Part shown: positions 37,782 through 53,300 of the stretch, in pieces
Numbering within the stretch: the stretch's first letter is position 1
Layout of the letters: every line of letters begins with the position of its first letter
Origin: Octopus vulgaris
Taxonomy: Eukaryota
Length of the DNA: 64,000 bases
Reading direction: 5' to 3'
Assembly: GCA_951406725.2 (NCBI GenBank)
Contig: OX597829.1
Location: 53,816,001-53,880,000 of the forward strand
Position numbers and translations under genes: made by a program
The notes under the pieces: generated by a model
Told to the model about the DNA's origin: nothing
The model's input: the letters and a program-made list of their open reading frames with translations, nothing else
Databases searched by the model: none

Positions 37782-39096
37782 TCATACACATATATATATA
37801 CAGGGTGCAATGGGTAAATTGTTGCCAGTTTATAGTTTTAATTTCGTGCATGCACATTGTTTTTGATTTTGTCAACTACACAGTACAGTAGGGTCAGTTG
37901 GGCACTGTCTGTGAGGAAAACAGCACCATGATGCAATTCACTCTGTTAGAAATTTGGAAACGACATGCTGTACTGGTTGGCATTCATGCCGGAAGCTCCA
38001 ATTTGAACATTTCAGATTGTTTGAGTGTCAATCTGAGAGGACAGTGCAGAAGGTTCAGAAAGAGTTAGATGAGTCTAATGAGGATTGCGAAGGTACGGCA
38101 TCGTTCTGATAAGAAAAGAACTCCTGAATTTGTTAGTGAGATCTAGGCCATTATTGACAACAATCCCTTCATCGCCAACAGCATGGGAGTATCTGAGTTT
38201 CTTATCAGGCAGGTAGTGCACGAAGACATTTGGTATTCTTCATACAAGATGAAAAAGGGCCAATTTTTATCCCAAGTCATCAAGGACAAGAGGAAAGACT
38301 GTGCTACAAAGCTTTTCAACAAACTCAAGCATCACTTCCGACCTAACATGCTTTGTTTTTTCTAGGATGAGAAAAGTTTCTGCCAGGATCAGATGGTGAA
38401 CACACAGAACAATCGTTGGTTTGCCATGTCCCCAAAGCATGTACTGAGAGTGATAAAAATCAAACATCCAGTCAACATCATGATGTTTGCAGTATTCACT
38501 AGTGATGGTGACATTATGCCTCCATTCATCTTCCCACATGGCCTCAGACTCAACATGGAGGCCTACATCAAGTGCTTAGAAGAGGTAGTGCTGCCCTAGG
38601 TCAAGTGGGTGGCTGCTGGAAGACCCTATGACTGGCAACAGGACTCTACACCATGCCACACAAGCAGGAGAACAGAGTCATGGTTGTCAGACAATTTCTG
38701 TGACCACATCACCCCCTAACACCTGGCCACCTAACTCCCCAGATTGCAACCCCCTTGATTATTATGTGTGGGGCACAGTTAAGCGAGAGACCAACAAAAC
38801 TCCTTGTAACACCAAAGATGAACTGAAGGCAAGGATTATGGCAGCATTGACCAACTTAAACAAGTAGACTGTCCAGAAGAGTTGTAGGAAATTCTGAAGT
38901 CGTTTGGAGGCTGTGGTTGAAGCCAATGGCGATTTTATTGATTAAATTTACTCTTTATTATTTCAAGATATTTTTATGTAATTTTGATCAAATATATCTG
39001 TTAAAATGGGATGTCAGTGTTATTTTCCTTCTTGTGTAATTTAGAAGACAATATATGCACTGTGTCCTGTGTGTGTGTGTGTGTTTATATATATAC

Positions 39097-39142
<46 letters not shown>

Positions 39143-39671
39143 GCGATTGATGTGTGAATGTAATTTGAGTCCAGGGATGGATTTTGCTATGAAGTCACCT
39201 TGAGGACATTGACGATTTTGATTTTGCCTGGAATTAGGCAAATGTGTCTGGTGATTGCAGGATATGTTTTTTTTATTGTTCTTTTTCTTCAACTCAAATT
39301 GTTTGGTGCATCATGACATTTTACACCAAACAGATTGGTCAAAGCATTGACTTTCCAAGAAAGCTGTTAAGCTGTAGAGATTTTAGAGATTGTTTCGACA
39401 TTCTTATACCTAAGGACACGTCTTCCTTCACCATTATATCCCTTCACTTGTTGGCCAGGAGTTTTAGAATGTGGTTGTCTTTCATTTGAATAACATGTCC
39501 TACCCATCTGCTCTGAATTCCCAGCAGCATGCTTTGAATACTGGACATGTTACATTTTGCTAAGAATTTGACATTTGATATCTTGCCATTTTATGTTGCA
39601 GGTATAACGCAAATAGCACATGTGTGCACATGCACACACACACACACACACAAACACACATTTGCACAGAC

Positions 39672-39706
<35 letters not shown>

Positions 39707-42700
39707 TATATATCATCATATCATCATCATCATTTAATGTTTTCTTTCCATGTTGGCATGTGTTAGAAAGTTTGGCAGGAATTGGAAAACTTGAAGACTG
39801 CACCAAGCACCACTGTTTGCTTTGTCATGGTTTCTGCAGCTTGATGCCCATCCTAATGCCAACCACTTTACTGAGTGCTCTGGGGTACTGTTTATGTCTT
39901 TTTAAGACAAGACCCCTCAACCGAGAGGGAAATAGTATTTGAGTGAAGTGGCTTTGTGCCAGGTGATGAGAGGCTTGAGTGTAAATAGAGGGACAGAAAC
40001 AGGAGTCTTGCTATGGAGGAGATACATGGCTACCTTAGTTGGAGGGAGTAGAAAGAGATACGATGTGATGGTGTGACACCCAAGGTACAGGGTGGTGTAA
40101 AGTGAAGTTTAGTAGGCATTAGTCAGGGTGAGTGTGTGGCTAAGCTCATGAGATTGTGAGAGTGGGAGAGGAGGAGGAATGTAGTGAGCAGACACATTTT
40201 TTTGGAGGATTAGGACCAGATGCATGAGGCATTCCAGATTGCGAGTCAGTGTGTCAGAGAAAATTATGATGTTGTTGGAAAGAAGTGTGTTAGGATGGAT
40301 GGTGGTGCACTTGCAGTCTGTGATTTTGCAAAGAAAGAACCATAGAAGTGCCACTATGAAAAGTTGCTTGATGTGAGAATGCATGGTAAAAGAAATGTCT
40401 TCTTAATGTGGACCCAACAGAGGCACCAGCTATCAAACTGACTGCAGCATGATAAAGCAATTAGGGATATGAAAACAGGGAAAACCCCTGACCCATCAGC
40501 AATTACTACCAAGATGCTTAAAATATATGGCAGAGTGTGATATGGTTGTCCACAAGAGTCATACCCAACAACTGGTACGGCAATGTTATAGTGAAGTGCT
40601 ACAAATGTAAAGGAGATACCTTTGACAGAAGTAATTACAGAGGAATCAAATTGTTGTACGAGGTCATGAAAGTCATAGCTCAACTAATTAGAAAGAAAAT
40701 TAACCTAGATGAGATGTAGTTTGGCATTGTGCCAGAGAGAAACACTACTGATGTAAATTCACTGCAGTTACCATAGAGAAAATATATTCTCTTGTGGCCA
40801 AAAGGCATATAAACACCATGCATCTGTCCAATGCTCTCTCACCCCCCCCAACCATCTATCAGATTCCCAGACATATTTCTAGCTTTATATGTGCACATCA
40901 TTGTCATTTAATATCCAGGTTTCCATGCTTGCATGGGTCAGACAGTATCTTTTGAAGTAGGTTTTCTGCAGCCAGATGCCCTTCCTGTTTCCAAGCAAGA
41001 GGTATTATTTTCTCATGGTTAGACATGTTTTTCACAGAAGACTGGAAACAAGCAACCTAATTTTTATGACAGTTATGATTGTTTGCAACCATCACATGTC
41101 TAGGTAAAGGTATACACCAATAACACAAGCACACACACACATTTATATCTGCCAATGTATATATTACTAATAAAAACAATTGTAATGATATCACCACCAA
41201 GTTATTAACTGCTTAATATATTTCAGAGCTATGCCAGATGACCAATGTGTGATAATCTTTGGTGACATGGATGGGCAGATTAATATTTTATCAATAAAGT
41301 CAGTTGGTGAATGCCTAAGGTTGTAATAAAATATTCTCATTTGTTTTGCTTTTTTTTTTTTTTTTGGAAAATTATACATTTGATTTCTAAAACAATACTA
41401 TAACCTTTTGATCAGTTTCATGAAGTTGAAAGAACACAGATTTTAATATTTTTCCATTCATTCTATAATAGATAATACTCCAGTGTTGATTAAGTACTTG
41501 TTAAATGAATGCCATTTTTATGAGCCTATCTGATGTCAAATAAGAATTTTGAGTAAACTTATAGAACATTACTGCACCTTCTATGACACAAGTTGATGAG
41601 TCTTAATGATTGTTATACATAAACTGAACTGTACCATAGATTAGCAAATTAGTAGAGATGACCTGAAAGTTGTTCCACTTCAGATACTATCGCAAACAGC
41701 AGTAGTTTTCTTCAACCGAATACACGTTGTTGATTGGTTGAAATTACCCGAATATGACAACTTTAATACGAAATAACTCTAAGATACCAAATTTTGTAAA
41801 AAATGTCCGAAGTAAACCATGTTCTGCCTGAAACATTCCACCAGTATACAAAGTTTCAAACTGTTTAGTTAAAAATAATTAATTAAAAAGTCTGTGAGCC
41901 AAACTGAATAAATTCGATTTTTCTTTGTAAATGAAAATATCTGTTGATGGCATTATTTTACAAAATGCTTATCTAACTGTTTAACATTCAAATTATTCTG
42001 TCAAATGTAATACTTATTTATCCACATTGTTTTGAATTAATCAAGCATTATCTTGTAGCTTCAAGGTTTCAATGATGTGATTGTTTATTTTTAAAATGAC
42101 ACAGTAGGTTAGGTACAAGAGGCTGGGTCTGGCCGATTTGAACATAAAACAGACATAATATTTGGGCTGGATATGGATAGTTTAAATGCTAAAGGGTTAA
42201 TAAATATGTGTATATTTACTTCTTGATGTTAATTACAAAAACTGTCTTGACTTCATTCGATTTACAAAGCAATAAGACTTCTTAGACTAAAATATATGAT
42301 TGATGCTTAAAATTTGTTTACCCTAAGATTTATAACTGAATCTTTAAGAAATAGTCTTGGTCAAAAGGCCAAAGAATCTGCATGTGCATATATGCATAAA
42401 CACACACACACCAGTAAATACATTAACCAAATGACAGCATTTATATGCATTTGCTAAACATAACTAGGAACAGTAACCAAATCTCACACAAATCTCATTC
42501 TACAGCCTTAAAAATGAGAATGGCACATTTTTGGATAATTTTAAAAAGAAATAGTCACTCATAACAAATGTAACCCTTAAAAGATATGGGGTGGTCGTTA
42601 TTGGTATGCTTTTTGATTGTTAGTTTATTCTAGAAAGAGGTAAGAATTTGACATTTTGGTACAGCTGTTTTGGCTGCACCAGTTTGGCATTGCTGATTCA

Positions 42701-42770
42701 ACACTGACTTATTTGACATTAGATAGCTTAATGTTCTCTCTCTTACTTTCTCCCTTCTCTCGCTTTCCCT

Positions 42771-42815
<45 letters not shown>

Positions 42816-44338
42816 ATGTGTGTGTGTTCCCTTTATTCGGTATTTCACTTTATATCCTAAGATTTCATATCACACTTCATAATTGTCCATCATTCCTCAA
42901 ATTATTCCACACCATATGTCTGTCTTATTAATGAGAATCATCTTTTGCTTTTGCCTTACCTTATGCTTACCGTTATCTCCAAAGGTTATGGAAGAAAAAA
43001 CCTAAGCACGAAAATTTCATTGCAAGCGTTTCTCTGCGGAGTATCATATCCAACCCTAATATAAGATTTGTTTGTTGGACTGTACATGAAGACTGGGTAC
43101 AGCAGGTAAGACAATACATATACATCGTAATTAGTGGAGCATCAGGTGAGATAATAATTGTATTCTGCAGTTTTAGCAGTATGTATGTGTAAATAGTAAT
43201 CTGGTATTCCAGACAAGACATTGCAACAATGAAACTTGTATATAATGATTGGGTACTTTAGAAATAACTTTTCCTATGACAAGCCGCTATGTATATATTT
43301 CTTTATTGCCCACAAGGGGCTAAACATAGAGGGGACAAACAAGGACAGACAAAGGGATTAAGTCGATTACATCGACCCCAGTGCGTAACTGGCACTTTAT
43401 TTATCGACCCAGAAAGGATGAAAGGCAAAGTCGACCTCGGCGGAATTTGAACTCAGAACATAACGGCAGACGAAATACGGCTACGCATTTCGCCCGGCGT
43501 GCTAACATTTCTGCCAGCTCGCCGCCTTCCATTAAGCCGCTATGTATATATGCATACAAGCCTCTATGTATATGCATATATTTGAGTATGTACTGAGGTC
43601 CTTGTTGATTGGCCCTGATATTAAAGAAAGTGTTAACACATATGATATGCAAAATAGTAACGCCAGTTTTCTGTAGCTACTGCAATTGTGGAGTCTATAA
43701 AAGTATGTTCACACCTTTGATGAAAACCCATTAAAATTCAGATATCAATTAAGGCTGTTTGTCGTTTTTTCAATCTACAGAGAAATAGCTAAATTAGCCC
43801 TGTCTATATATCTTCTGCATAGGTTATATATATATATGAATTTTTCCCTTTTCTTTTTTCGTATAATTAGTCATATAATGAATGTTGATACTTTCCCACA
43901 GAGTAAGTTGCTAATTTTATCAACAAACACCAAGCCTCCTCTACATAGGAAAATATCGATATTTATAAATTTTGATAATGAGTGCAGGTGGCACATAAAA
44001 AGCACCATTTGAGCGTGGCCGTTTGCCAGTACCACCTAACTGGTCCTTGTGCTGGTGGCATGTAAAATCCCCCACTACACTCTCGGAGTGGTTGGCATTA
44101 GGAAGGGCATCCAGCTGTAGAAACTCTGCCAGATCAAGATTGGAGTCTGGTGCAGCCTCCTGGTTCGCCAGCCCTCAGTCAAATCGTCCAACCAATACCA
44201 GCATGGAACGCGGACATTAAACGATGATGATGGTATGGATGGACGGACGGACGGACGGACTTATCTATTTATTTATTTATTTATATAGTGTTATGCTTGC
44301 AGCCACTAATATTATTATATATCATGAATAATAATGTT

Positions 44339-44387
<49 letters not shown>

Positions 44388-47300
44388 CAAGATTACTTCA
44401 TAAATGTAACATGATGGAGTTATACAAGTAAAATACATTTGAAGATATTAATAATTGGTGCAGAGTTACGTTTTGAGAAAAGTAAATTTACAAACATAAA
44501 ACAGTTGTTATGTGTCTGATTGTTTATATATTTTTTTTTCAGGTTAAATACTGTCCACAAATTAAACAAGTTATATCATGTTCTAATGATGCTAATTCAG
44601 CATTAGTTATAGGTATACACACTTTACTCATTATTTGATTTGTTGTTCTTGATTTGATAAAATGTTGCTTATAGGTAAAGCTTTGAATTCCTACCACATT
44701 ATGTTGGCAAATAATCTTTACTACTATACAGTCTGTCTTTTATACGAAAGAGTGAAATGATTTGTTTCTATTGTTTCCTTATAAAATATCATTTTTTTAA
44801 CACTTGTTCAAAAGACTTTAGTTCTTTAAAACACAACCTAACAGGTTTTACTTTATAGATATTATTTTACAATTATCTCGGAATCATTTTAATTACAACA
44901 GGTTGCACTATCAGCAGTGTTGATGTTGAGCAGCAAATGAAGTTTGTCAAAGAAAATAGTTTTTCTAAAAACAGCTTAATTGGAGAATTAGAGCCACCGA
45001 GAACAAGATCTGAACATGATCAGACAACTTTTAAAGTGCACAAAGGAGTGAAATGTTTTGATTTCAACAAGAAAAAGAACATACTTGTAACTGGAGGTAT
45101 GACTTACAAAATAGTATATCTGTGTGCGTGTGTAATCTGTTTGAATAAATTTCATGATTAACTAATTGATATATAATTGTGATAGGCGCAGGAGTGGCTG
45201 TATGGTAAGTAGCTTGCTTACCAACCACATGGTTCCAGGTTCAGTCCCACTGTGTGGCACCTTGGGCAAGTGTCTTCTACTATAGCCTCAGGCCAGCCAA
45301 AGCCTTGTGAGTGGATTTGGTAGACGGAAACTGAAAGAAGCCCGTCGTATATATGTATATATATATATTTGTGTGTCTGAGTTTGCCCCCCACCTCCAAT
45401 ATCGCTTGACATCCAATGCTGGTGTGTTTATGTCCTCGTAACTTAGCAGTTCAGCAAAAGAGACCGACAGAATAAGTACTAGGCTTACAAAGAATAAGTC
45501 CTGGAGTCGATTTGCTCGACTAAAGGCAGTGCTCCAGCATGGCCACAGTCAAATGACTGAAACAAATGAAAGAGTAAAAAGAGTAAGAGTTTTGCGGTAA
45601 TCCAGATATAATCTTAGCTGTCCAAAGATGTAATGCAGCAGAATAAGAACTATTCATGTTGTTGTTGTTATTTATCCTAGATTAGCAAATCTATGGTCAT
45701 CAAAATACCATCTATGTCCATTGTTTTTTGTGTGTTTTTTTTTTATTCGAACAGTATATTTAAGACTACATCATACAATATGCCCTACACTTTTTTTAAG
45801 ATTCCGAGGGTGTGATTTGAGAGAGATCTGACTGCTATTTCTACCAGTTTGAACAACCTGCAATGGTATACATTGAGTTTGTGTTTGTGTTTATGCAACA
45901 GCAATAGTAGTGGTTCATATGAAGGTCGTCCACTTCATAGTTGTCCTTTCTTACTCTAAGCTGTATTCCCAGCTGTATTTCCCCTTTGCTTTTATGGGAA
46001 ATATTTGACTCATTCACCATATATATCTATAGCAGTGCTTCTTTACCTCAGTAGTAAAGCCACTGGTGGCATATTGAGTACCTTTGGCTGTTGTGAGCTC
46101 AGTTTGGAGCAGCAAATATCAAGGGAACATTACAGGAGTACAGTAATCCCTCAACTATTGCAGGTGTTATGTTCCAAAACCCTCCGCAATAGGTGAAAAT
46201 CCACAAAGTAGAAACAGTATTGTACTGTATATCTTTAAAAATTATTTTCATAATTTGTATATATTAATTTTATTATAAATTCAAAAACAACATCACAGAG
46301 GAATCGATGTAAGCTTAAATAATAAACCGTGATAGGTGAACTGCGATATGGTGAGGAATTACTGTACTGGGTATTTAGAATGGTTCTGATTCTTAGAAAT
46401 ACAATATTCAAACTAGGTACACTACTTTGTACATTAAATACCTTTTCCAAAAGAATCTTTGTCAGGATTAAAATGTGAGTAAGACATTGTGTTATTAGTG
46501 AATAGAAAATATGGCTGATGAAGTGCCAAAGTCCGATACAGTTTTATTATGTAAACTCTTGCATTCTTTAGTAATATCCATTAAAATTTAACAGAGGGGC
46601 ACGTAGACTCTGCAAATATTTAAAAAGAGATTCATGCTTGATGGGTTAGTAAAAGAAAATGTGGAAGAGTGAAGAGTGACATCAGGACCAGAAGCGAAGG
46701 GAAGTGAAGAGTGACATGAAGAAGCGGGGCATTTGAACAACCTCTTTTCTTTGTCAGGATGTTGAGTGGAACAGATGTGTGGAGGGGATCTCAGAGGCAG
46801 AGTAGTTTTTGGTCAGAGGTTGGGGTAGCATACACATGCAGGTACACATGTAGCCGACACATGTAGGTACAACCAATTTATGAAGTGGATAATAAACCAC
46901 TACACATATTATCCTCTGTTGGATCAAAAAGAAATTTGCTTTCATTTTTCTCAAAAACACAAGGAGAGGATATTTGTGGAATGCCACTCAATAGGAATGA
47001 GAGCCAAGGTAAAAAGTTGGAGAACCATTGATCTATAGTTTATTTTGGCTTGAAATTTGTAAAATATGTGCTTTAATGTAGTTAACAAAATTAAAACTAA
47101 TATTATTATTAAAATGCATTAACTCCTTGTACTAAACTGGTTTGTTCTACACTACACTTGTTAGCTCGATACCAGTTCAAACCAGCTTAAACCGGCTCTG
47201 CTTAGTTGGCAGCTCTACAATTTTAGAATTGTCAGAAACAGCTGACCTATCTTAGCCATGTTATGATGAGCACTGAATGCAAAAGTGCTGTTTACAAACA

Positions 47301-50300
47301 GGGGTAGAAGAAAACCCCAAAGAGATTGGAGGAATGAGTTTTAGGATGTTGTGCTGCATCAATCAAATAATACAGTTGTGGGAAGAATGGGGATTTACTG
47401 TGCTGCATACAACCCAACCCTTGCAAGTTACAAAGAATAGATACAAAATGAAGATAGTGATATTGACAATGATGAGGGCTGAACTTTGTAATGTAAGCAG
47501 AAAATTTTTCCAGTAAGCAAGAAAAGCCCAATTCAATTTAAATTAGCATGTTTGTTGTAATTTAACGAATATGTTAAGTGGGTAGAAATCATAGAACACT
47601 TAAATAATTGTCTTTCAACATTTAATCTTTTTGCTCTACATTATTCTTTGAATTCAAGATAATTTAATGAACAGCAGAAGCTGTTTAGTCTCATGTCAGA
47701 CCTGGTATCAGTGGTGTTCCAGCCAAAGGCAACCAAGTCTATTAGTTATTGTATATTTAAGGCAATATTATTCAATATCGTCATTCCGTTTTTAATACTG
47801 TAAGGTATGATTTGAGGGAGATCTGACTGCTATTTCTTACAGGTTGAGTGTCCATTCAAATGAATACCAATCATGTACTTTAGTTAACTCAATCAGACAC
47901 ACTCCTCTCCTACAAATGTACTTTATGCTCATTTCCTTCAAATGTACTTATAAAACAATAAACAAATACTAGCATTTTAACATGATTTATTAAGATATTA
48001 TTCTGATTCTTCATGTACTTTCCATTATTACATTTTAGGCATGGATCGTCTAATCCGAATTTGGAACCCTTATGTACCTGGGTATGTAGATATGTATTTC
48101 ATAACAGGTAACTTATTACCAATCGCTAGTCTAAAATTTAACCAAAAATTAAACTAGCATGAATGACATACAAGAGAATCGATAGCAAAGAAGAAAAAAG
48201 GAAAGTTAATGGTATAGAGGCATGGCTGTGCTGCTGCTGTTGTTGTTGTTGTTGTTGTTGTTGTTATTTCACTCCAGATCAAGCAGATCTGACATGTAAG
48301 TGGTTGGTCATAGACCAAGGTACAATCAACAGACCAATGGTCTGAATATTTCATACCTTCATTTGATTGAGGATCACACCTCACTTTTGAATACCACAAC
48401 TATACAAACATCCTCACACACAGGTAACACATCTTGTCAGCACTTTCTAAATATAATTGCAGAATAACTTTTCCAACCATCATCAATCAATTACAAAATC
48501 TGACTTCAAAATCCATAGGAAATAACAGCTAAATCCATCTAAAAATTAATGAATTTACTGGATAATTTGATATTGTTAGTAGCAGTTGTATAATGGATTG
48601 TCTCTTGTCGTCTGAGAAAGACAGTTCTGCAATGTCTTGCTGGACAACATAAATGATTTGTTTATAGTGATCAAATGCATGTGCTGTACATTAGTTCACT
48701 CTCTCCTCCATCAAATCAACATTGAACAGGTGTATGATGTATTATATATCAGGTGTGAAAGTGATTGCAGATCAACATGAAATGAAGTGCTTTACTCAAG
48801 AACACTCTAACAGTTGTGTGGAGGAATCAATAATAGGTCAACAGTTGACCTCTGCAACTCCTAAAAACAACTAATAAATGTTGTATTGACATTATCTTGA
48901 ATTTATCTTCAGAAAACCAACTGATATACTTCATGGACATTCCGCTCCGATTTTCTATGTCTACTACAGTGAGGAAGACAATTGGATATTCAGTGTATCA
49001 TCTGATAAATGTATTAAGGTAAGGAAATTATATCTTCTTATTTATTTCTCTTATACCTTTTAAAGCATTATTTCTTCAGCTAACTTTCTTTGTGGAGCTC
49101 ATTCAGTATTATTAAACCATAGTTCAGATGAACCAACTTCATCTTATCCAAAGCTACCAAAACCACTTTGGGGCATTGGCATCTAAATTATAATCTTATT
49201 TAGATATTAATTTTTTAAAAGTAGGAAGGAGAAATATCTTGTTATGGAGGAGGAAATCAACAAGTTGGTAATCGCCTTAGAAATTAAATAATTCTGTCAG
49301 AGTGTGTGACATATATCACTTTTATTATAATTTTTGATGAAGAAAAGTTTATATATGACCACTAGAATGATAAACTTAATTAGTGTATAGGTAAATATAA
49401 ATAAATCTAGTGACCAGAAGCATAACGTGATGTTAGTCATAATCTTTATATATAAAAGAGGCTGTAAAATAAAACCTTTCCTGGACCAAATTGTACAATT
49501 TGTTCCGATTCAGTTCCACTATTCAGCATCTTTAATATGTGTCTTCTGCTATAGCCCCAGGCCAACCAAAGCTGTGGAAGTGGATTTAGTAGACAGAAAA
49601 TGATAATGTCTGTGTGTGTATTTGTTTACATTAGCACTCATTGTTGTTTGGCATTTCTCCTGTCACTCACTTTGTCCACTCACTTTGTGCCTCCAAGCAG
49701 GATGACAAGAAGGGAATCTGGTCATAAAACAATGCCTCAGTGATATATTCATCTAACCCATGCTATCATGGAAAAACAGATGTAAAGTGAGTAAATGAAC
49801 AAAATACTTCACAATATCACCCTCAAATATTTAAAGTCATTTGCGCTTCTTGGTTACTAGTTTTTATTGTGTATTTCATATATATATGCGCTAAGTTTTT
49901 TTTATTTTTTACATTGGATTTTTAAAAGTTGTTTTCAATACAGACTTTGTGTACTTTACATCTATTTTATTAGGGTTAGTTGGTTTGTTAAAATGCTAAT
50001 TTGAAATGCTTCAGAATATATTCACATCTCTGGCTGACCTCCAGAATCTTTCCTCTTACATAAGTATAGAGTAAATAGTAAATAGTGGTTCATTAGAAAT
50101 GTTGAAGTTTCAATCTTCACTTAAGGTAATTGCATGTGTGAAAGCTGTAAATTGGCCGTGAGTTTTACATAGTGTATCTATTAAGCTAAGCTGTTAATTC
50201 CATTTACATCTTATAGCTGCAAGTCTGGCAATAGTCAATTATTTGGGGTCAAACACGTTACTTAACAGGCCTTAATATGTTACAAGAAAACAAAGTTTTT

Positions 50301-53300
50301 AGTGGTGTTCAACAGTTAATAATAATAATGTGCCCTTTTTTAAAGCCTAGCCAGGTTCATGGGCCCAGTTTCCCGGTTTCAATGGCATATGTGTTCCCCA
50401 GCTGGACGGGACGCCAGTCCATCGCAGCGTTACTCATTTTTGCCAGCTGAGTGGACTGGAGCAACGTGAAATGAAGTGTTTTGCTCAAGAACACAACGCG
50501 TCGCCCGGTCCAGGAATCGAAACCACAATCTTACGATCATGATGCTGACACCCCTAACCACTAAGCCACGCGCCTCCACGTTCAACAGTTAGGAAGACAT
50601 TAAATGGTTATAAACAGTTATTTTCAATTAATAAGTACTGGTGATGAAAAGTTTTGTTGACAATATACATCTGTCTTGAATGTATAACTAAAAAGATTTG
50701 CAATAAAAAGAATTGTTATGTCAATCGTTTAGTAGTGTATTCCTCTGCCAGATTTCCTTAATTCATCATAGATATATATTTTCCATTCACTAAATCTTAG
50801 TTTTACAATTCCTTCATTTCACTTATGCTCTTCTTAATTTTTTTAACTTCCAATTTCTTTTAGGTGTGGAATGCTACAGATTATAGTTGTATTAATACTG
50901 TTCGACCAAAGTCACACCTTATCCACGGAGATCTAAGCACAGTCTACTACTCTAATCTTTCAAAGACTTTGGCTTTCACAACAAATGTTCTTGCTACTTT
51001 AAGCATAAAGATCAAATCAAAGTATATTTGTTATTTCCAAATTTATATTTTTATGTATGTCACATATACACATATAGATGCACAAACTCATTCATTGACA
51101 CACATGCACACATGCATATAGAAGAATATACACATATGCTTATCAACAAACTAGTACATGTTTTTATTTTGTTGAAACAACTCATAGTTGTCATATTTTA
51201 GCCACCAATCATCTCTGATCAAATCTACCTGTGATCTTATCAGCCTGTCTTTCATCCAGCCACACTGTGTTCAGACTACATCATCAAAAGTGTTCCTCTT
51301 TAAAAAGAACGCAAGATGTGATTTTTAAGATGATATGGTTGGCTGATTTTTATCAGGTAGATCGACCAACCATATAGCGGCTACCTCATTGCTTCGTCAA
51401 CTCCTAGTAATCTTTTGATGTAACATCCATACAAATTCTCTGTGAAAGGAAATACAGAGGTTGCTTCCTTTCAGTTATTCATGCAGGACAAATCTTACAA
51501 ATATTTGCAGGTGTTTGGTCCTTTCCCTGGCAACTAAGTTGTCACCCAGTTTAATACCATTACCTGGCCCTTGAGTGCCTATAACAGAATCCACTTAATT
51601 GATAGTTTTCAGGCCAGGTCTCTAGTCTGAAGAGAACTTCTTCCCATGAAATTTAGATCCTTAAAAAGGGTTGTGGGTGTTGCACTTCTCCCTCTGACAA
51701 ACTTTTTTTAAAGTATTTTAAGACATGCAATATTCAGTGTCATTCTCAGTCATAATGATATGCTTGTAAAAGAATGTGAACACATTATATATAAGTGTAT
51801 GGTCTAGTACTATACACTCAACCATACACACACATCCACCCACACTCACACACACATATGCCCAAACACACATTACACATATGATAATATATGTCAAGTT
51901 AAAAACAGTTGTTTATATTGTATTCATTATTTCAAACTTGTGAAATGTGGACCTGTAATATACAATTGTATTTATTTAATTTTGTGGGCTCAGTTAAATT
52001 GTATCTGTTGGTTGTTTAACTGATTTAAATTATTCATATGCTGTACAGGTCAGAGGTAAGCTGTGTTATGGCTGTTTTTTTTATGTTAACTAAACATAAC
52101 AACCTCTGACCTGCAGACATGCTGTCTTCACTTTCTGCTTTTTCTACTGCTACTACAATGGTCTATGTTACTCAAAGATGGCTGCTCTTATGCCACCTCA
52201 ACTCAGACTCTACACTTTTGACTCATTCATCTCTCTTTTTGTCCTCTATATTGTCTCCATCACACCCGTCCCTGCACTAACCTCTGTGTTCAATTCGTCC
52301 AGAAAGTCAGCTCTCTAGGATTCATTTTCTGTATATATTTCATAAAAGTGTAATCCCTGTGTGTAATGTATGTGCAATGTGTACATACATGTTAAAGCTC
52401 ATTGAGTTTCCATTGAATGAGTTTCCGCTATCTCTCTTTCAGGCCGTGCCTTTTGTCACTATTCGATATTGCTACATCCCATTCAGATCCTGTAACCAGT
52501 ATCAAGTACAATAAAATTTTCAAGCATATTGTTACTTCTTCAGAAGGATCTGTAAGTAAATATTTTTCATACAAAAAAAACATATTTCATTTACTCCTGC
52601 TCTTTCATGTCCTTTGATTTTCATCTCTTTTCCAGTTTTCCCACATCAACTCTCTTAATTTTTATAAAAAACTGTTGAGAAATTTAAATATCCACCAGTC
52701 AAAATATTCTGGAATAACTCTATGTCAGTGCTGAATAGTGTGTTGTGATATTAAATGATATTAAAAATGGAAATGTGTTTGGTTTTACATGTTTGTATCT
52801 GTGCCACTGACACGTAAAAAGCACCATCCGAACGTGGCCGCTACCAGCGCCACCTTGTCTGGTTTCTGTACCAGTGGCACGTAAAAAGCACCAACCGATT
52901 GTGACCGCTACCAGCCTCCCCTGGCACCTGTGCTGGTGGCACGTAAAAAGCACCCACTACACTCACAAAGTGGTTGGCGTTAGGAAGGGCATCCAGCTGT
53001 AGAAACACTGCCAGATCAGACTGGAGCCTGGTGCAGCCACTGGCTTCCCAGGCCCCGGTCGAACCGTCCAACCCATGGTAGCATGGAAAACGGACGTTGA
53101 ACGATGATGATGATGATGATGTAATGTGACATGATGCACTTTTATCCATGGCAGCAAATACCCATTTTCCATGCCAGCATGGGTTTGCCAGTTCAACGAG
53201 TTATTGAGCCAGAGGACTGCACCGAACTTTACTGTCTGTTTTTGCATGGTTCCTATTGCTGGATGCTCCTCCTAACACCAACCACTTTACAGAGAACATT

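Noticed and set aside
50500-50579. tRNA gene
   Set aside because: A and B boxes are present but continue into a SINE body with tail and TSD; no complete cloverleaf. The same applies to SINE A and B heads
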